IMG/VR virus record: IMGVR_UViG_3300029305_001557
Span: 12,396 to 76,395 of that record
Strand: one strand, 5' to 3'
DNA: 64,000 nt
Source of the DNA: a virus
Lineage: Duplodnaviria; Caudoviricetes
In this document: positions 36,972 through 47,284 of the stretch, in pieces
How the letters are laid out: every line of letters begins with the position of its first letter
Position numbering within the stretch: the first letter of the stretch is position 1
The notes under the pieces: model-generated
The model's input: the letters and a program-made list of their open reading frames with translations, nothing else
What the model was told of the DNA's origin: nothing
The model's database searches: none
Program-made: the position numbers and the translations under genes

Positions 36972-37403
36972 TTAGTCTAAGAAGTACTCGAACTGTAATG
37001 TCAGCTTTTCAATAGCCACATCATCAGAGGAAGCGTCTAAATCAGAACCCTCCCACTTGCTTACCCAAGCTTCTGCAAGCTTATAGGTACGCTTTGTATT
37101 ACCAAAGCGGTCAAGAATTTCAATGATGACAGTATTACGGAGATTAGAGTCCGTAAGCACTTTCTTATACTGAGCTTCAAGTTCTTTTGTAGCATAAGAA
37201 CCTCTTTCGAGGGTAACTTCACCGACTTTTTCTCTGCCGGGGAGTTTATGAGTGTACTGATAGAGACCCTCTAAGTACTCAACAACACCTACTTCTCTTG
37301 TCAAGCCACCGACTTTCTGAAAGCCTAAACCTGTAGGAAGCCCCGGTACTGTTACACGAAACATAAACTTCTGTAAAGGGTCATTAGCAATAGTTCTTGC
37401 CAT
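36972..37403 (-). CDS. tail tube protein (T4 gp19-like)
   Basis: DPLQKFMFRV, KLPGR, VTLERG, DLDASSDDVAIE. Confidence 0.92.
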   Translation of the reverse strand: MARTIANDPLQKFMFRVTVPGLPTGLGFQKVGGLTREVGVVEYLEGLYQYTHKLPGREKVGEVTLERGSYATKELEAQYKKVLTDSNLRNTVIIEILDRFGNTKRTYKLAEAWVSKWEGSDLDASSDDVAIEKLTLQFEYFLD

Positions 37404-37421
37404 AGTTTAGTTCCTCCTCTC

Positions 37422-38849
37422 TTAATCGTTAGAAATGCTGTGAGCAATACGGATAATAACAAACTCCGCAGGCTTGTTAGGTGCATAGCCTACTTCGCAG
37501 ATTAACTTACCTGCATTTCTCACGCTTTCGGGGTTCAAGTCTTCGTCACACTTAACGAAGTATGCCTGTTCAGCTTTGTCGCCAAATAAGCCACCGTCTC
37601 TCCACAAATTATCGAGGAAAGCTTCAATAGTGGTCTTTACTCTCGTCCAAAGCACACTATTGTTCGGCTCAAAAACAGCCCACTGAGTACCATTCTTAAT
37701 GGACTCTTTAATGTTAGTCTCCAAGAGAACATCAGACACATACTTCATTGTGGCGTCAGGACTCATACTTCTTGCACCCCAAACAACAATGCCGTAGTTA
37801 GCTCTCGGCATAACTACATTGACACCGACAGGGTTCAGAACATCACAGTCGCCCTTAACTAACAGCTTAACGACTTCTACTGCACCTCTTACAGTTGCTT
37901 CAGTACCCGCAGGTGCTTTCCACACACCACGCTCCTGAATAGTACGAGCATAGATACCCATAATGTGACCGCAAGTAGGACAGTCTCTTAACTTACCTGT
38001 CTTAGAGAGAGGGTCAGAAACTTTAATCCACGGATAATACAAAGCACCGTTCTTACAAGATAAAGACTTTCTAAAGGTCTTAATCGTTGCAACATCGGCA
38101 GACTTCGCACCGTCTACGATTGCGAAAACATTACCTCTATTCTCTGCATAAGAGAGAATTGCAGTGGTCATTGCTTCAGAAACCTGACCGGGAACACAGA
38201 TAAGGTTTACATCGTCAACAGAGTCGAACAACTGTAAAGCTCCTGTATAGTCAGCGTCAGCAATATCGTCAATACCGTCTGCACCGCCTGTAAAGGCAAC
38301 ATCAGTAGCGGTAGCAGTTAAAGAGCCTGTAGCACAAGTGATGAAGTTACTATTGCCGATAACATCAAGCCAATAGTTCTCATCAGACGCTGTGTTAGAC
38401 ACATTAGTGAACTGCTCAACCTGCTCACCGTCGTACTTAACAGTAATATCAAAGTTTGCAGGAACATCGGTATTAGCCTTAACTGCAATCTTTAACTTAT
38501 TACCCCAAGTACCTTCATCTTTAGCACTGAATGTTACACCGCCATTCGTACCTGTAGCTTTAGCCGCAGAGTCAGAAGCTGTACGAATGATGTAACATCT
38601 TGTACCACCGTTCTGAAAGAAACCGTAAACAGAATAAGCGAGGTCACTGTTTACAAGGAAAGGGGTCTCCATTCCATAAGCAAAAGTATCAAGGAAGTTC
38701 TGCCAAGAAGTAACGAGTGTAGGAGTCTTCAAAACACCTCTCACTGCGATACCCACAAAACCACCTGTACTTGCACTGACTGCTTCGATAGGTGCATTAG
38801 CGTTGTTTACACTTTCCGCATATACACCGGGGGATAAATACTCAGCCAT
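37422..38849 (-). CDS. tail sheath protein
   Basis: YLSPGVY, GALYYPWI, GVWKAPAG, WGARS, WAVFEPN and PAEFVII. Confidence 0.95.
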   Translation of the reverse strand: MAEYLSPGVYAESVNNANAPIEAVSASTGGFVGIAVRGVLKTPTLVTSWQNFLDTFAYGMETPFLVNSDLAYSVYGFFQNGGTRCYIIRTASDSAAKATGTNGGVTFSAKDEGTWGNKLKIAVKANTDVPANFDITVKYDGEQVEQFTNVSNTASDENYWLDVIGNSNFITCATGSLTATATDVAFTGGADGIDDIADADYTGALQLFDSVDDVNLICVPGQVSEAMTTAILSYAENRGNVFAIVDGAKSADVATIKTFRKSLSCKNGALYYPWIKVSDPLSKTGKLRDCPTCGHIMGIYARTIQERGVWKAPAGTEATVRGAVEVVKLLVKGDCDVLNPVGVNVVMPRANYGIVVWGARSMSPDATMKYVSDVLLETNIKESIKNGTQWAVFEPNNSVLWTRVKTTIEAFLDNLWRDGGLFGDKAEQAYFVKCDEDLNPESVRNAGKLICEVGYAPNKPAEFVIIRIAHSISND

Positions 38850-39073
38850 TATTTAGTACCTCCTTTAGTAGTTTTTGTCTCCTCAACTTCGACAGGCATT
38901 AAAATGATGAAACCGCAATCTGCTTCTGCCTTAATCTCGGGAGAAACAAGCTTTTCATCAATGACCTTAGACTGTCTTGCGAACAGTCTCAAAGTCGTAC
39001 CGTCTGCTTGGGTCAGGGTGTGAGGAAAACCCTGAGCTTCGATTACTTTAATCTTGCTCATAGTGGTAATCAA
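38849..39073 (-). CDS. hypothetical tail-module protein
   Basis: RBS GGAGG. Confidence 0.7.
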   Translation of the reverse strand: MITTMSKIKVIEAQGFPHTLTQADGTTLRLFARQSKVIDEKLVSPEIKAEADCGFIILMPVEVEETKTTKGGTK

Positions 39074-39088
39074 CCTCCATTTTAATTT

Positions 39089-39265
39089 TTACGAGGGTAC
39101 TACACTACTTATATACTTTTCAGAACTTTTCACCACATCTACTCGGTTACTCAGTAAAATGAAAGCGTGGCGGTTCATACCCTCTAACATAACAGTAAAC
39201 ACTGTAACATAAGCTCTCGGGGATTTGCGTTCTTCAAAATGCACACCCGGTCTTAATACTTCCAT
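39089..39265 (-). CDS. 58-aa ORF with sheath-like N-terminus (not in ORF track)
   Basis: MEVLRPGVHFEE...; ATG abuts the TAA of the upstream gene. Confidence 0.55.
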   Translation of the reverse strand: MEVLRPGVHFEERKSPRAYVTVFTVMLEGMNRHAFILLSNRVDVVKSSEKYISSVVPS

Positions 39266-39841
39266 TTAATCACCGTCACTTTCTTCGTTGACTTTGACAT
39301 CAGGAGTATAAGTGACCATAGGAACAACATTCTGTACTCTTTCATCAAGCTCTACCTGTACTTTGTAAGTGCCAAAGCTGTGAAAAAGTCTTCTGCCATT
39401 CTGCATTAAATCAGACTTGTTAAAATCATTTCGGGACAGAACAAAACAGCTTCTTGCTATATCCGACATATCAGACACATCAAGATTAAACCAAGACTTT
39501 GAAAAAGCCTTCCACTGTCTTGTCATACTGTTCATATCTGTTTGAAGTGTCGCCCAAAAGTCTATCTGATAAAATAAGTCAAACGGAAGAGCAGAGTCTT
39601 CTAAAACAAGTGAATTAGCTTCCTCATTCTTAGAAACGACAATAGGCTCAGAACTATATCTTATCTTAGAAAACCTGTCGTAAAGGTTATATATCGAGAC
39701 TAAAGGGTAGTCCTCAGTATTAAAATCTTCATCAGGTTTTCTTATAACAACTTTGACAGGCTTTCCGTCAATCTGAATGACTCTCTGTAACAGCTTCTTA
39801 AATGCAATATCGACTTGCTCAAACCATACACTCTCACTCAT
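39266..39841 (-). CDS. tail terminator / sheath-stabilising protein
   Basis: YPLVSIY, YQIDFWA; position in the neck module. Confidence 0.65.
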   Translation of the reverse strand: MSESVWFEQVDIAFKKLLQRVIQIDGKPVKVVIRKPDEDFNTEDYPLVSIYNLYDRFSKIRYSSEPIVVSKNEEANSLVLEDSALPFDLFYQIDFWATLQTDMNSMTRQWKAFSKSWFNLDVSDMSDIARSCFVLSRNDFNKSDLMQNGRRLFHSFGTYKVQVELDERVQNVVPMVTYTPDVKVNEESDGD

Positions 39842-39842
39842 A

Positions 39843-40331
39843 TTAACTACCTCCTGTCTCTATTAGTTTCTGTAACAACTCCCGCCAATTATTTTTGATA
39901 GTCGGCTCTACTTCTTCCCACGAAGGTCTTATTAAAGGTCTCGGTGGCATTTTATCTGTACCATACTCTAACCATATCATTAAATCACTGAACTTCACAC
40001 CTGATTGAGTGGTCTTCCACGCAGAAGCTCCCACGAACAGGGTCAACCCATTCTTAGGAGATTTAATGCGTCTTACTTCAAGGTTATCTTTAAGATACCC
40101 TGTCTCAACATAAATTGTTGTGTCTCCACCTTTAAGCTCAACAGTTCTGTCAGCAAGGGGAGTCCAATTAAGGTCTTGACGCTCTATGTGATTTATAACA
40201 GTGTCGAGTATTAGCTCACCGTCTTCTTGTAACTGAGCCTTAAATGCAGGGCAGAGGTTTACGGATAGTCCCTGTAACACTACTCCTGCTTTAGTCCAAT
40301 CACCAAACTTACTAACATACACATTGCTCAC
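39843..40331 (-). CDS. neck protein (HK97 gp10-like)
   Basis: WLEYGTDKMPPRPLIRP. Confidence 0.8.
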   Translation of the reverse strand: MSNVYVSKFGDWTKAGVVLQGLSVNLCPAFKAQLQEDGELILDTVINHIERQDLNWTPLADRTVELKGGDTTIYVETGYLKDNLEVRRIKSPKNGLTLFVGASAWKTTQSGVKFSDLMIWLEYGTDKMPPRPLIRPSWEEVEPTIKNNWRELLQKLIETGGS

Positions 40332-40756
40332 CGCCTTACTTTAGGCTTCTCACAATAGAAGACATAAAATTGAAAGACATCATCAATGTTTACGATAGGT
40401 CTGACCTGAACAATATTGTAGTCAACACCTTTGTAGCTAATCGCACCTTTCTTCAAGGTCTCATAGTTCTCAGGTGTAATATCTACATTCTTATCCAAAA
40501 GACTCTTTGTAGGAATGGTGGCTGTTACATAGTCCTGTATTCCTTCAACAACTTGTTCGCCCTGTTCCATAGAAAGAGCAAACTTGCCGACAAGCTGTAT
40601 AGGGTCAAGGTAATTCTTTTGCGTTGTCTCCTCGTACACATTGGTGTCAGTGGAGTCCTCATCTAAGAGCTTTAAGAAGATTTGATTTGTCATCAAAGTA
40701 GAGTACACTTCATAAATGCCCTCTAAAAACTCTTCATTAAGTCTCTTCTGAGCCAC
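40328..40756 (-). CDS. head closure-like protein
   Basis: Position; GTG start after AGGAGG. Confidence 0.55.
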   Translation of the reverse strand: MAQKRLNEEFLEGIYEVYSTLMTNQIFLKLLDEDSTDTNVYEETTQKNYLDPIQLVGKFALSMEQGEQVVEGIQDYVTATIPTKSLLDKNVDITPENYETLKKGAISYKGVDYNIVQVRPIVNIDDVFQFYVFYCEKPKVRR

Positions 40757-41519
40757 TGTCTTCACCTCCTGTAGTGGAAACAATCAATTCTGCTCTTCCG
40801 ACAAGTGAAGATTTCTCAGTTGCAGACACCATTATATGATAAACGGTATCAGGGAGTAACCCTTCAATGCGACATTTATTTTGATGAACATTGGTTATCT
40901 TCGCCACGAGCTTCGCTTTAGGCGAAATTTGCTCCGTAATAGCAAACTCATCATAAATTTGCTCATCGGAAACATAAACCTCATATTTATCAAAACGACT
41001 GAGCTGAACAGACCAAGACAGTTCAACTGTAGTATCTGTAACACCCACAACACGCAAAGAAAGGACAGGGACTCTTCCTTTCTCGTAATTCCGTCTTGTC
41101 GCATATCTATCTGAGATAAGAACATCATACGAGGTTAGAGTGTTACGAGTCCCTGCCCCTCCGTCTTCATTGTATTGGTTATACTCATCATCAACAGCCG
41201 CTATGAGCTTCATATAATGCTCAAAGCGTTGACTCCTCTTGATTTGGTTGTTGTTATCAGCAGTCAAATCAATAAGAGGAGCGTCCATAGAAGCAAGTGT
41301 GTAATACAACTCTTTCTTCGCCAATAGGACAACAGGATAGATGTCCTCTGTGGGAATTAAATCGAGAGAGGGGACTTGTGGGAAGTCCCTCGTCAGAACG
41401 ACATTCAGGTATAACTCAATGTCCTCGTCAGTCATACTCAGATAAGCGGTGTCTGTAACATCAGCATTTTGAATGTTGATATTTAACCTTAAATATCTAA
41501 CAAGCTCAGCCTTAGTCAT
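40737..41519 (-). CDS. head-tail adaptor-like protein with C-terminal FN3 domain
   Basis: VTDTTVELSW...FDKYEV...LLPDTVYHIMVSA. Confidence 0.65.
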   Translation of the reverse strand: MTKAELVRYLRLNINIQNADVTDTAYLSMTDEDIELYLNVVLTRDFPQVPSLDLIPTEDIYPVVLLAKKELYYTLASMDAPLIDLTADNNNQIKRSQRFEHYMKLIAAVDDEYNQYNEDGGAGTRNTLTSYDVLISDRYATRRNYEKGRVPVLSLRVVGVTDTTVELSWSVQLSRFDKYEVYVSDEQIYDEFAITEQISPKAKLVAKITNVHQNKCRIEGLLPDTVYHIMVSATEKSSLVGRAELIVSTTGGEDSGSEET

Positions 41520-41539
41520 ACTGAACACCTCCTATTCGA

Positions 41540-41956
41540 TTAAAGAGGCTTCAACATTCCTTCTGCACTGTTGAGAATACGCTTTACATTTTCGGGAACT
41601 GTTACCACTTGGTCTTTTGCGAAGTGATACCACTGACCGCCAATGCAACCGTCGTATTTCTTAGCAAGACGAACTTTCACCATTCTTTCGATAGGTTTCT
41701 TTTCAGTCTTTGCGGTAAAAGTAACTTCATCAGTAGATTTGTCCTCTACAGGAGCTTCAGGAGTTTCATCTTTAGCTTCCTCTTCAACAACAGTCTCAGA
41801 AGACGCTTTAGCAACTTCCTCATTCTCAGGAGCGACTACTGTTTCAACCTTGTCCTCTACAGGAGCTTCAGTCTCAACAGCTTCTTTGTTCTCAGTTACT
41901 TCCTCTTCAATAAGGTTAGAAGAAGCTCTCGGTGTGAACTTTTTATTTGCCGCCAT
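41540..41956 (-). CDS. hypothetical acidic head-module protein
   Basis: RBS GAGG; E/A/P-rich. Confidence 0.65.
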   Translation of the reverse strand: MAANKKFTPRASSNLIEEEVTENKEAVETEAPVEDKVETVVAPENEEVAKASSETVVEEEAKDETPEAPVEDKSTDEVTFTAKTEKKPIERMVKVRLAKKYDGCIGGQWYHFAKDQVVTVPENVKRILNSAEGMLKPL

Positions 41957-41993
41957 AATTTTTACCTCACTTTCACTTATTCAAATTTTCAAA

Positions 41994-43013
41994 TTACGCA
42001 GTTTCGATAACTACACCGTACTCATCGTGGAGTCTGCCGACACCGAAGATTGCGTACCAAGCTAAGCTTCTCTTTCTACCGAAGTCTTCAACACCGTTGT
42101 CACGGAGTTCAACAGGTAAGGAAAAAGCAATACCGAAGTATGCGTCACCAAAGATAACTGCCTGATATACATTGGTATCAGCAGGAGCACCGTCAGCACC
42201 TGCCTTTAACTCTGCAACGAAAGCAGGGTCAGTAGCCGCACAAGCACCGTTACACATTAAAGTGGTCTCGATGAAACGAGTGTCATCAATTCTACCAATC
42301 TCGCCTGTGAATAACTGCTCGGGGGCACCATAGTTGCTTGCGTTAATCCAAGCACTGTCATCTCTCAAATCACGAGACTGATGAGGGTGTACAAAACAAA
42401 TCCAATTAGTATTCGCATACTTAGGAGCATTGTTTGTAGCAAGGATTTCAATAGCGTCCTTAATGGTAGCTACATCTAACTTATCGTTAGCAGTAAGGTT
42501 AGCTCTGCTTGCCTTACCACCTGCATAAACGATAAATGCAGTATTGCCTAAAGCGGCATCTCTTAACTCGCAGTCAACGACCATAGCATAGTCACGACCT
42601 AACAAGGTTGTGGTGGAAGCCATAATGTCATCGAAAGAAGACTGAATGAGTAACTCAGAAGCGGCAACCGCATTACCGTACTCCTGTACAGTAATCTGCT
42701 TAGTAGAACCACTTAATGCCTGAGTTGTCATAGAAGTCATCTCAGTTAAAGCACCACCTAAAGCAAGGTTGTCATAGGTGAGCATAGAAATAGTTAAGCC
42801 CGGTTCTGTGCCTAACTCTGTCTTAACAGTGGCGAACTGGAAAAATCTCATAACAGGGAGAGCCTTAAACTCAATCTCCTTAGAGTAAACCATTCTCACT
42901 GCGTCTGTGAACTTAACATTATCCCCGCCATTAACTACGGCAGTAGAGGTAGCCGCATAAGCACGGAGAGCGAAGGACTTAAAAACAGCCTTCAAAGAAT
43001 TTTTCTTATTCAT
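41994..43013 (-). CDS. major capsid protein (N4-gp56-like)
   Basis: ITVQEYGNAV, FVHPHQSRDL, GEIGRIDDTRFIET and DFGRKR. Confidence 0.9.
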   Translation of the reverse strand: MNKKNSLKAVFKSFALRAYAATSTAVVNGGDNVKFTDAVRMVYSKEIEFKALPVMRFFQFATVKTELGTEPGLTISMLTYDNLALGGALTEMTSMTTQALSGSTKQITVQEYGNAVAASELLIQSSFDDIMASTTTLLGRDYAMVVDCELRDAALGNTAFIVYAGGKASRANLTANDKLDVATIKDAIEILATNNAPKYANTNWICFVHPHQSRDLRDDSAWINASNYGAPEQLFTGEIGRIDDTRFIETTLMCNGACAATDPAFVAELKAGADGAPADTNVYQAVIFGDAYFGIAFSLPVELRDNGVEDFGRKRSLAWYAIFGVGRLHDEYGVVIETA

Positions 43014-43045
43014 TTGGAATAACCTCCTAAATTTATTGTGGTCTT

Positions 43046-43852
43046 TTATCTAAGACCCATTTTCTTACGGAACTCTGCGTATTCAGGGGAGCGAGGGTCT
43101 AAACTCTGAACATAGTCCATATCAAACTTCTCGTCCTCTTCAGTACTCGGGTTAGCTACAGGGGGAGTAGTGGACTTCTTAGTGTCCTTCTTATCTTCCT
43201 TCTTAGAAGTAGTCTTCTTTGTTTCGACAGGATTGCCGTCCTCGTCAATAAGACCTAACTGCTTCTTTGTAGCAACAGTCTTTTCAACTGCCTTATCAAA
43301 CGAAGCGTCAATCTCTTCTTTAGTAGCACCCTTAACTTCATCTGCAAAAACAGAAAGGATTTGTTCAGCACCTTCACTGAGCTTAGTCTGACGGTAAAGC
43401 TTTACCTCATACTCTGCTTCAATCTTGGCTCTTAACTCTTCCTCCTTAGGAGTAGTCTCTTTGAGGGTCTTAATCTCAGCCTGTGCTGTTTCAAGCTGTG
43501 CTTTAAGGTCTTTAACGACCTGACTCTCACCATTGTTAGCTTTAAGCTCATCAAGTTCTTTCTGAGCAGTAGCCAACTTCATAAGATTGTCATTGTTGGT
43601 CTGCACGAGTGCCTTGTTCTCGTCCTCCAACTTTTTAATGCGAGGATAAAGTTTCTCTTTCTCCTCCTTACGGGCATTTGCAATCAAAGTCTCGAAGTTA
43701 ATCTGTGGGGAATTATCTCCGCTACCTCCATTGTCTCCTGCACCGTTGTCTCCCTCATCAGCAAAAGCTCTTAAAAGGAGACCTCTGTAAAGACCTCTCT
43801 GCTTGCTTAAATCGGTAGACTGTTTTGCGATAAAACCACTTTTTGTAAACAT
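43046..43852 (-). CDS. head scaffolding protein
   Basis: Coiled coil between portal and capsid; start MFTKSG downstream of the promoter at 43887-43915. Confidence 0.75.
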   Translation of the reverse strand: MFTKSGFIAKQSTDLSKQRGLYRGLLLRAFADEGDNGAGDNGGSGDNSPQINFETLIANARKEEKEKLYPRIKKLEDENKALVQTNNDNLMKLATAQKELDELKANNGESQVVKDLKAQLETAQAEIKTLKETTPKEEELRAKIEAEYEVKLYRQTKLSEGAEQILSVFADEVKGATKEEIDASFDKAVEKTVATKKQLGLIDEDGNPVETKKTTSKKEDKKDTKKSTTPPVANPSTEEDEKFDMDYVQSLDPRSPEYAEFRKKMGLR

Positions 43853-43886
43853 TGCGTTCAACCTCCATTTTGTTTTTGGTATTATC

Positions 43887-43915
43887 ATTATATCACCACT
43901 TTGAAAATAAATCAA
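43887..43915 (-). promoter_or_regulatory. sigmaA-type promoter for scaffold/capsid
   Basis: TTGATT-17 nt-TATAAT. Confidence 0.7.
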
Positions 43916-43955
43916 GTGGTTTCATACAATAAATTATGAAAAGTAGAAAAGTTAC

Positions 43956-45491
43956 TTATTCTGCTCCTCCATTTTGACCTGTAGTCTCTACTCTGACTTG
44001 CTCAATAGAGGTCTGACCGTTAGTCATACCACTGTTTAACTGAGCGTCATTGGGGTAGTGTCTCGGGTCATTGGGGTCAGAGTGACCATAGAAACAGGGG
44101 TTCTTTTCTAAGTCTGTGTCAATCTCAGTTAAAAGAGTATCAATATTTTCTTTGCCTACTCTCTTAGCCGCATTTTTACGAGACTCAATACCCATTTTCA
44201 TTTCTTGCTGAATTTGCTGTAACTCTAACAGCATATCCTTCGGTAAGGTATCAGGAATAGAACACTCATTGTAGTAGAAATCCCTGTTAGTGACATCAGC
44301 AGGTTTTGTGATAAGTCCTTCCAATAAAGACACTAAAAGGACTAACTTATTCACTTCTTCAAGACCGTTCTCGGTGTTCATTCTCTTCACCCTCGTCTTT
44401 TCAATAAGGGGTAAATTGATATACTGTAGAGCAACACCACTTGTGTTACTAATTGCTTGTGCTCCACCTAATACGGTCTCAGGCACACCACCTACTTCAC
44501 ACATCTGAAGCTTCAGATTTGCAATATGGGACTGACTTGCTCCTAAGTCACCTTTTAATTCAAGGTTCTCAACACGAGCGTCTTTTGCAAGACCACCCCA
44601 CATCTTATTAGCACCTTTTTCAAGATTACCAACCTTAGCACCGTATACAATAGTAATCGGGGCGGCGTGATAGTCAATAATCTCCGATACATTAGACTCT
44701 TTAAGATTTAACTCCACATTAAGAGGAATGATGTCATCGAGGTCACTGAAGCCCTCATTTCTTCCTGCAATAGTTAAATTCTTAATAAGGACAAAGGGAA
44801 TAATTCCGTACTTATTCGGGAACTTCTCTTCTTTACCGTCATCTATGACTACGCACTCGTCATCAGTCCAAATCTGTTTATAAAGAACTTGCTTCTTAGT
44901 ACTTCTGCCTAAGATACCTGTACGCACGATTTTCTCATAAGAGTACATAATTGTGACCCTTGTAAGACGGTCTCTGTCGTGAGGGTCAAACTCAGGGAAT
45001 ATCACACTTGACGGAATGAGCATAATTCTAACTCGTCCTTGTGGGTACTCATTGTAGGGGTCTCTCAACTCTGAGGGCTTAAAGTAGCGTACTTGTAACC
45101 ACGCTTCACCTGTTACAGACTTCATCTGACCTAAATCAGTAGTAAGCTTGTATTGGTCGTTGTCTTCCCACACATCTTCAAGATACTCAAAAGCTGTTCT
45201 TCCGTCAGGGGTAATAGTAGCTTTCTCCATAGCTTTATGTGTAGACATAGTAAAAGACTTACCTAACTCAAATGCAACAAACTTATTTACAAAAGTTCGG
45301 CAGTAGTTAATAGTAAGTTCAGGGGTGTCCTGTTCGGGCATTTCTTCCCAATGGTAGCCCTCATAGAAGTTCCACGCTCTCTTCATTCTCTTCAAGCGTT
45401 CTATTTGCTTATTATCAAGCTCACCTTGAACTCCTATAAGGCTCGTATTAAAATAATCGTCAAAGTCTCTGCGTCTTTCAAAACCAATCAT
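43956..45491 (-). CDS. portal protein (SPP1 gp6-like)
   Basis: WNFYEGYHW, GFSDLDDIIPLN and SNTSGVAL. Confidence 0.88.
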   Translation of the reverse strand: MIGFERRRDFDDYFNTSLIGVQGELDNKQIERLKRMKRAWNFYEGYHWEEMPEQDTPELTINYCRTFVNKFVAFELGKSFTMSTHKAMEKATITPDGRTAFEYLEDVWEDNDQYKLTTDLGQMKSVTGEAWLQVRYFKPSELRDPYNEYPQGRVRIMLIPSSVIFPEFDPHDRDRLTRVTIMYSYEKIVRTGILGRSTKKQVLYKQIWTDDECVVIDDGKEEKFPNKYGIIPFVLIKNLTIAGRNEGFSDLDDIIPLNVELNLKESNVSEIIDYHAAPITIVYGAKVGNLEKGANKMWGGLAKDARVENLELKGDLGASQSHIANLKLQMCEVGGVPETVLGGAQAISNTSGVALQYINLPLIEKTRVKRMNTENGLEEVNKLVLLVSLLEGLITKPADVTNRDFYYNECSIPDTLPKDMLLELQQIQQEMKMGIESRKNAAKRVGKENIDTLLTEIDTDLEKNPCFYGHSDPNDPRHYPNDAQLNSGMTNGQTSIEQVRVETTGQNGGAE

Positions 45492-45496
45492 TTACA

Positions 45497-47188
45497 TTAC
45501 CTCCTTCTACTTGTTAATCTATTTCTTCTGCTATAATACCGCTTTTCGTTATTCGACTTCTCTGTAAATTTGTTTCTGTTGGTCTCTGTGTTATTTACTT
45601 CCCCGGCAAAACTGCAACCCCAAACAGCTAAAGCCCACGAGTCAGGGTAGTCATCGTGTGCCCCTCTTTCTTCAGGGTGACATACAACAAGGTTAGTGCC
45701 ACTATAGCCTTTCTGTAAATCCCCTAACTGCTGTAAGAAGTCATTATATTCTTTAGTAGCACGAGTCTTGTCCCCTGCACAGACTCTTGCTCTACCTGCC
45801 GCAATTTCTTTTTCAAGGTGCTTATATAACTCCGACTTAGATTTAGTTGTAAAGATATAAGGAATAACCTCACACTTCAAATTAGCTCTAAGTCTATGAG
45901 AAATAGAAGCTTCCCTTGTTGCGTCACATACTACTCGAACAACCCAAAACATAGATAAATAATCTACAATTAAAGGGTACTGCTCCTCATAGTCAGGCTC
46001 ATTACTTATGCACAGCCAATCTTTTATATAAGTATTATAAGCCATATAGGTCACTTCTTCGCCTGTTTCATCATCAATTCGAGTCTCCATAATAACAGGC
46101 ATATTCCAATCGACTTCACACATCGTAACTACAGTACTGTCATTCTTACCGCCAATATCAATACCTGCAATGTGAGTAGCTTGTCGGTCAGACATAACTC
46201 TTTCAAGACTTGTTTCTCCGTTTGCTTCTTCAAACTTGACTATATCAACGAACATACCACGCTCGATTATCCATTCAAGCTTGTAAGACATACGGAACTC
46301 ATCAGAGTTTTCGCCAAGTCTCTTCTTTTCGCCCTCAACATACTTAGCGTACTTAGGGTTATACTTAGAAGCCACCGTATAGTCATACTCAAAATGGTTT
46401 CTAATATGAGAAGCCCTCATCTCAATCTCTCGTTTATTTCTCTGTATAGCGTCATAGAAATCGCCCTTAAAAGTCGTTGCTGTACCTATCTTAATGATAG
46501 AAGCATTGTAAGCCGCACCCATAGGGTGAATAGACTTTCTAATCTTAAAGTTACTGATGTCCTGACACTCTTCACAGATAATAAGCTTAAAGGACTCACC
46601 CTCGATATTACTACCGTCACTCGCTGAAATAGCTGTGGCAAAAGAACCATTCGTAAGAGCAACGGTCTGTCCGTTAGAGGTGCTAAACTCTAATCGGAAC
46701 TCAGGGTCACTAAGTACCTCAATAGCGGTTTTACACTGCAATCGTGCTTTTAGTCTTCCGTAAGTTATCTGTGCTTGTCGTTGTGACGGAGCAAATATAC
46801 CAACCCACAAACCGTCCTTAAACATTGTGAGTCTCGGGTCATCTGCAAACATCGGCATATTTGCAAGGACAGGAAGAATAATCATCATACCGCCGACTGT
46901 GATAGCGATAGTCTCTGATTTTCCTGACTGACGAGCAAATAGAGCTGTTATCTCAGCACCGTCATTCATCAACACGGAACGAATAACACGCTTTGAAAAC
47001 TGCTCCTGATACGGAAACATTGTTCGTCCTGAGTATAACTCACAGAAGTTAAAAATGCGATTTACTAATTCAGTGGTAGGGACTCTCCCTGCGTCAGCTT
47101 TTCTTACAAAAAGGTCTTTTACATAACTCCATAACAACAATAATAGCAACTTTATATCCAACAGTAAACCACTAAAACTCAAACGCAA
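45497..47188 (-). CDS. terminase large subunit
   Basis: YQEQF, ARQSGKS, CEECQD, GIDIGG..D and HDDYPDS; TTG start uncertain. Confidence 0.92.
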   Translation of the reverse strand: MRLSFSGLLLDIKLLLLLLWSYVKDLFVRKADAGRVPTTELVNRIFNFCELYSGRTMFPYQEQFSKRVIRSVLMNDGAEITALFARQSGKSETIAITVGGMMIILPVLANMPMFADDPRLTMFKDGLWVGIFAPSQRQAQITYGRLKARLQCKTAIEVLSDPEFRLEFSTSNGQTVALTNGSFATAISASDGSNIEGESFKLIICEECQDISNFKIRKSIHPMGAAYNASIIKIGTATTFKGDFYDAIQRNKREIEMRASHIRNHFEYDYTVASKYNPKYAKYVEGEKKRLGENSDEFRMSYKLEWIIERGMFVDIVKFEEANGETSLERVMSDRQATHIAGIDIGGKNDSTVVTMCEVDWNMPVIMETRIDDETGEEVTYMAYNTYIKDWLCISNEPDYEEQYPLIVDYLSMFWVVRVVCDATREASISHRLRANLKCEVIPYIFTTKSKSELYKHLEKEIAAGRARVCAGDKTRATKEYNDFLQQLGDLQKGYSGTNLVVCHPEERGAHDDYPDSWALAVWGCSFAGEVNNTETNRNKFTEKSNNEKRYYSRRNRLTSRRR

Positions 47189-47207
47189 TTACCTCCTTTA
47201 TATAAAA

Positions 47208-47269
47208 ATAAGGGTACAGACTCAAACAGTCTGTACCCTTATTATACACTAATTTTTATGAAAAGTAAA
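47208..47269 (-). terminator. 14-bp hairpin terminator overlapped by the terminase promoter
   Basis: ATAAGGGTACAGAC/GTCTGTACCCTTAT then TTTT; TTTACT-17 nt-TATAAT at 47241-47269. Confidence 0.7.
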
Positions 47270-47284
47270 GTACTTTCAAGTATT

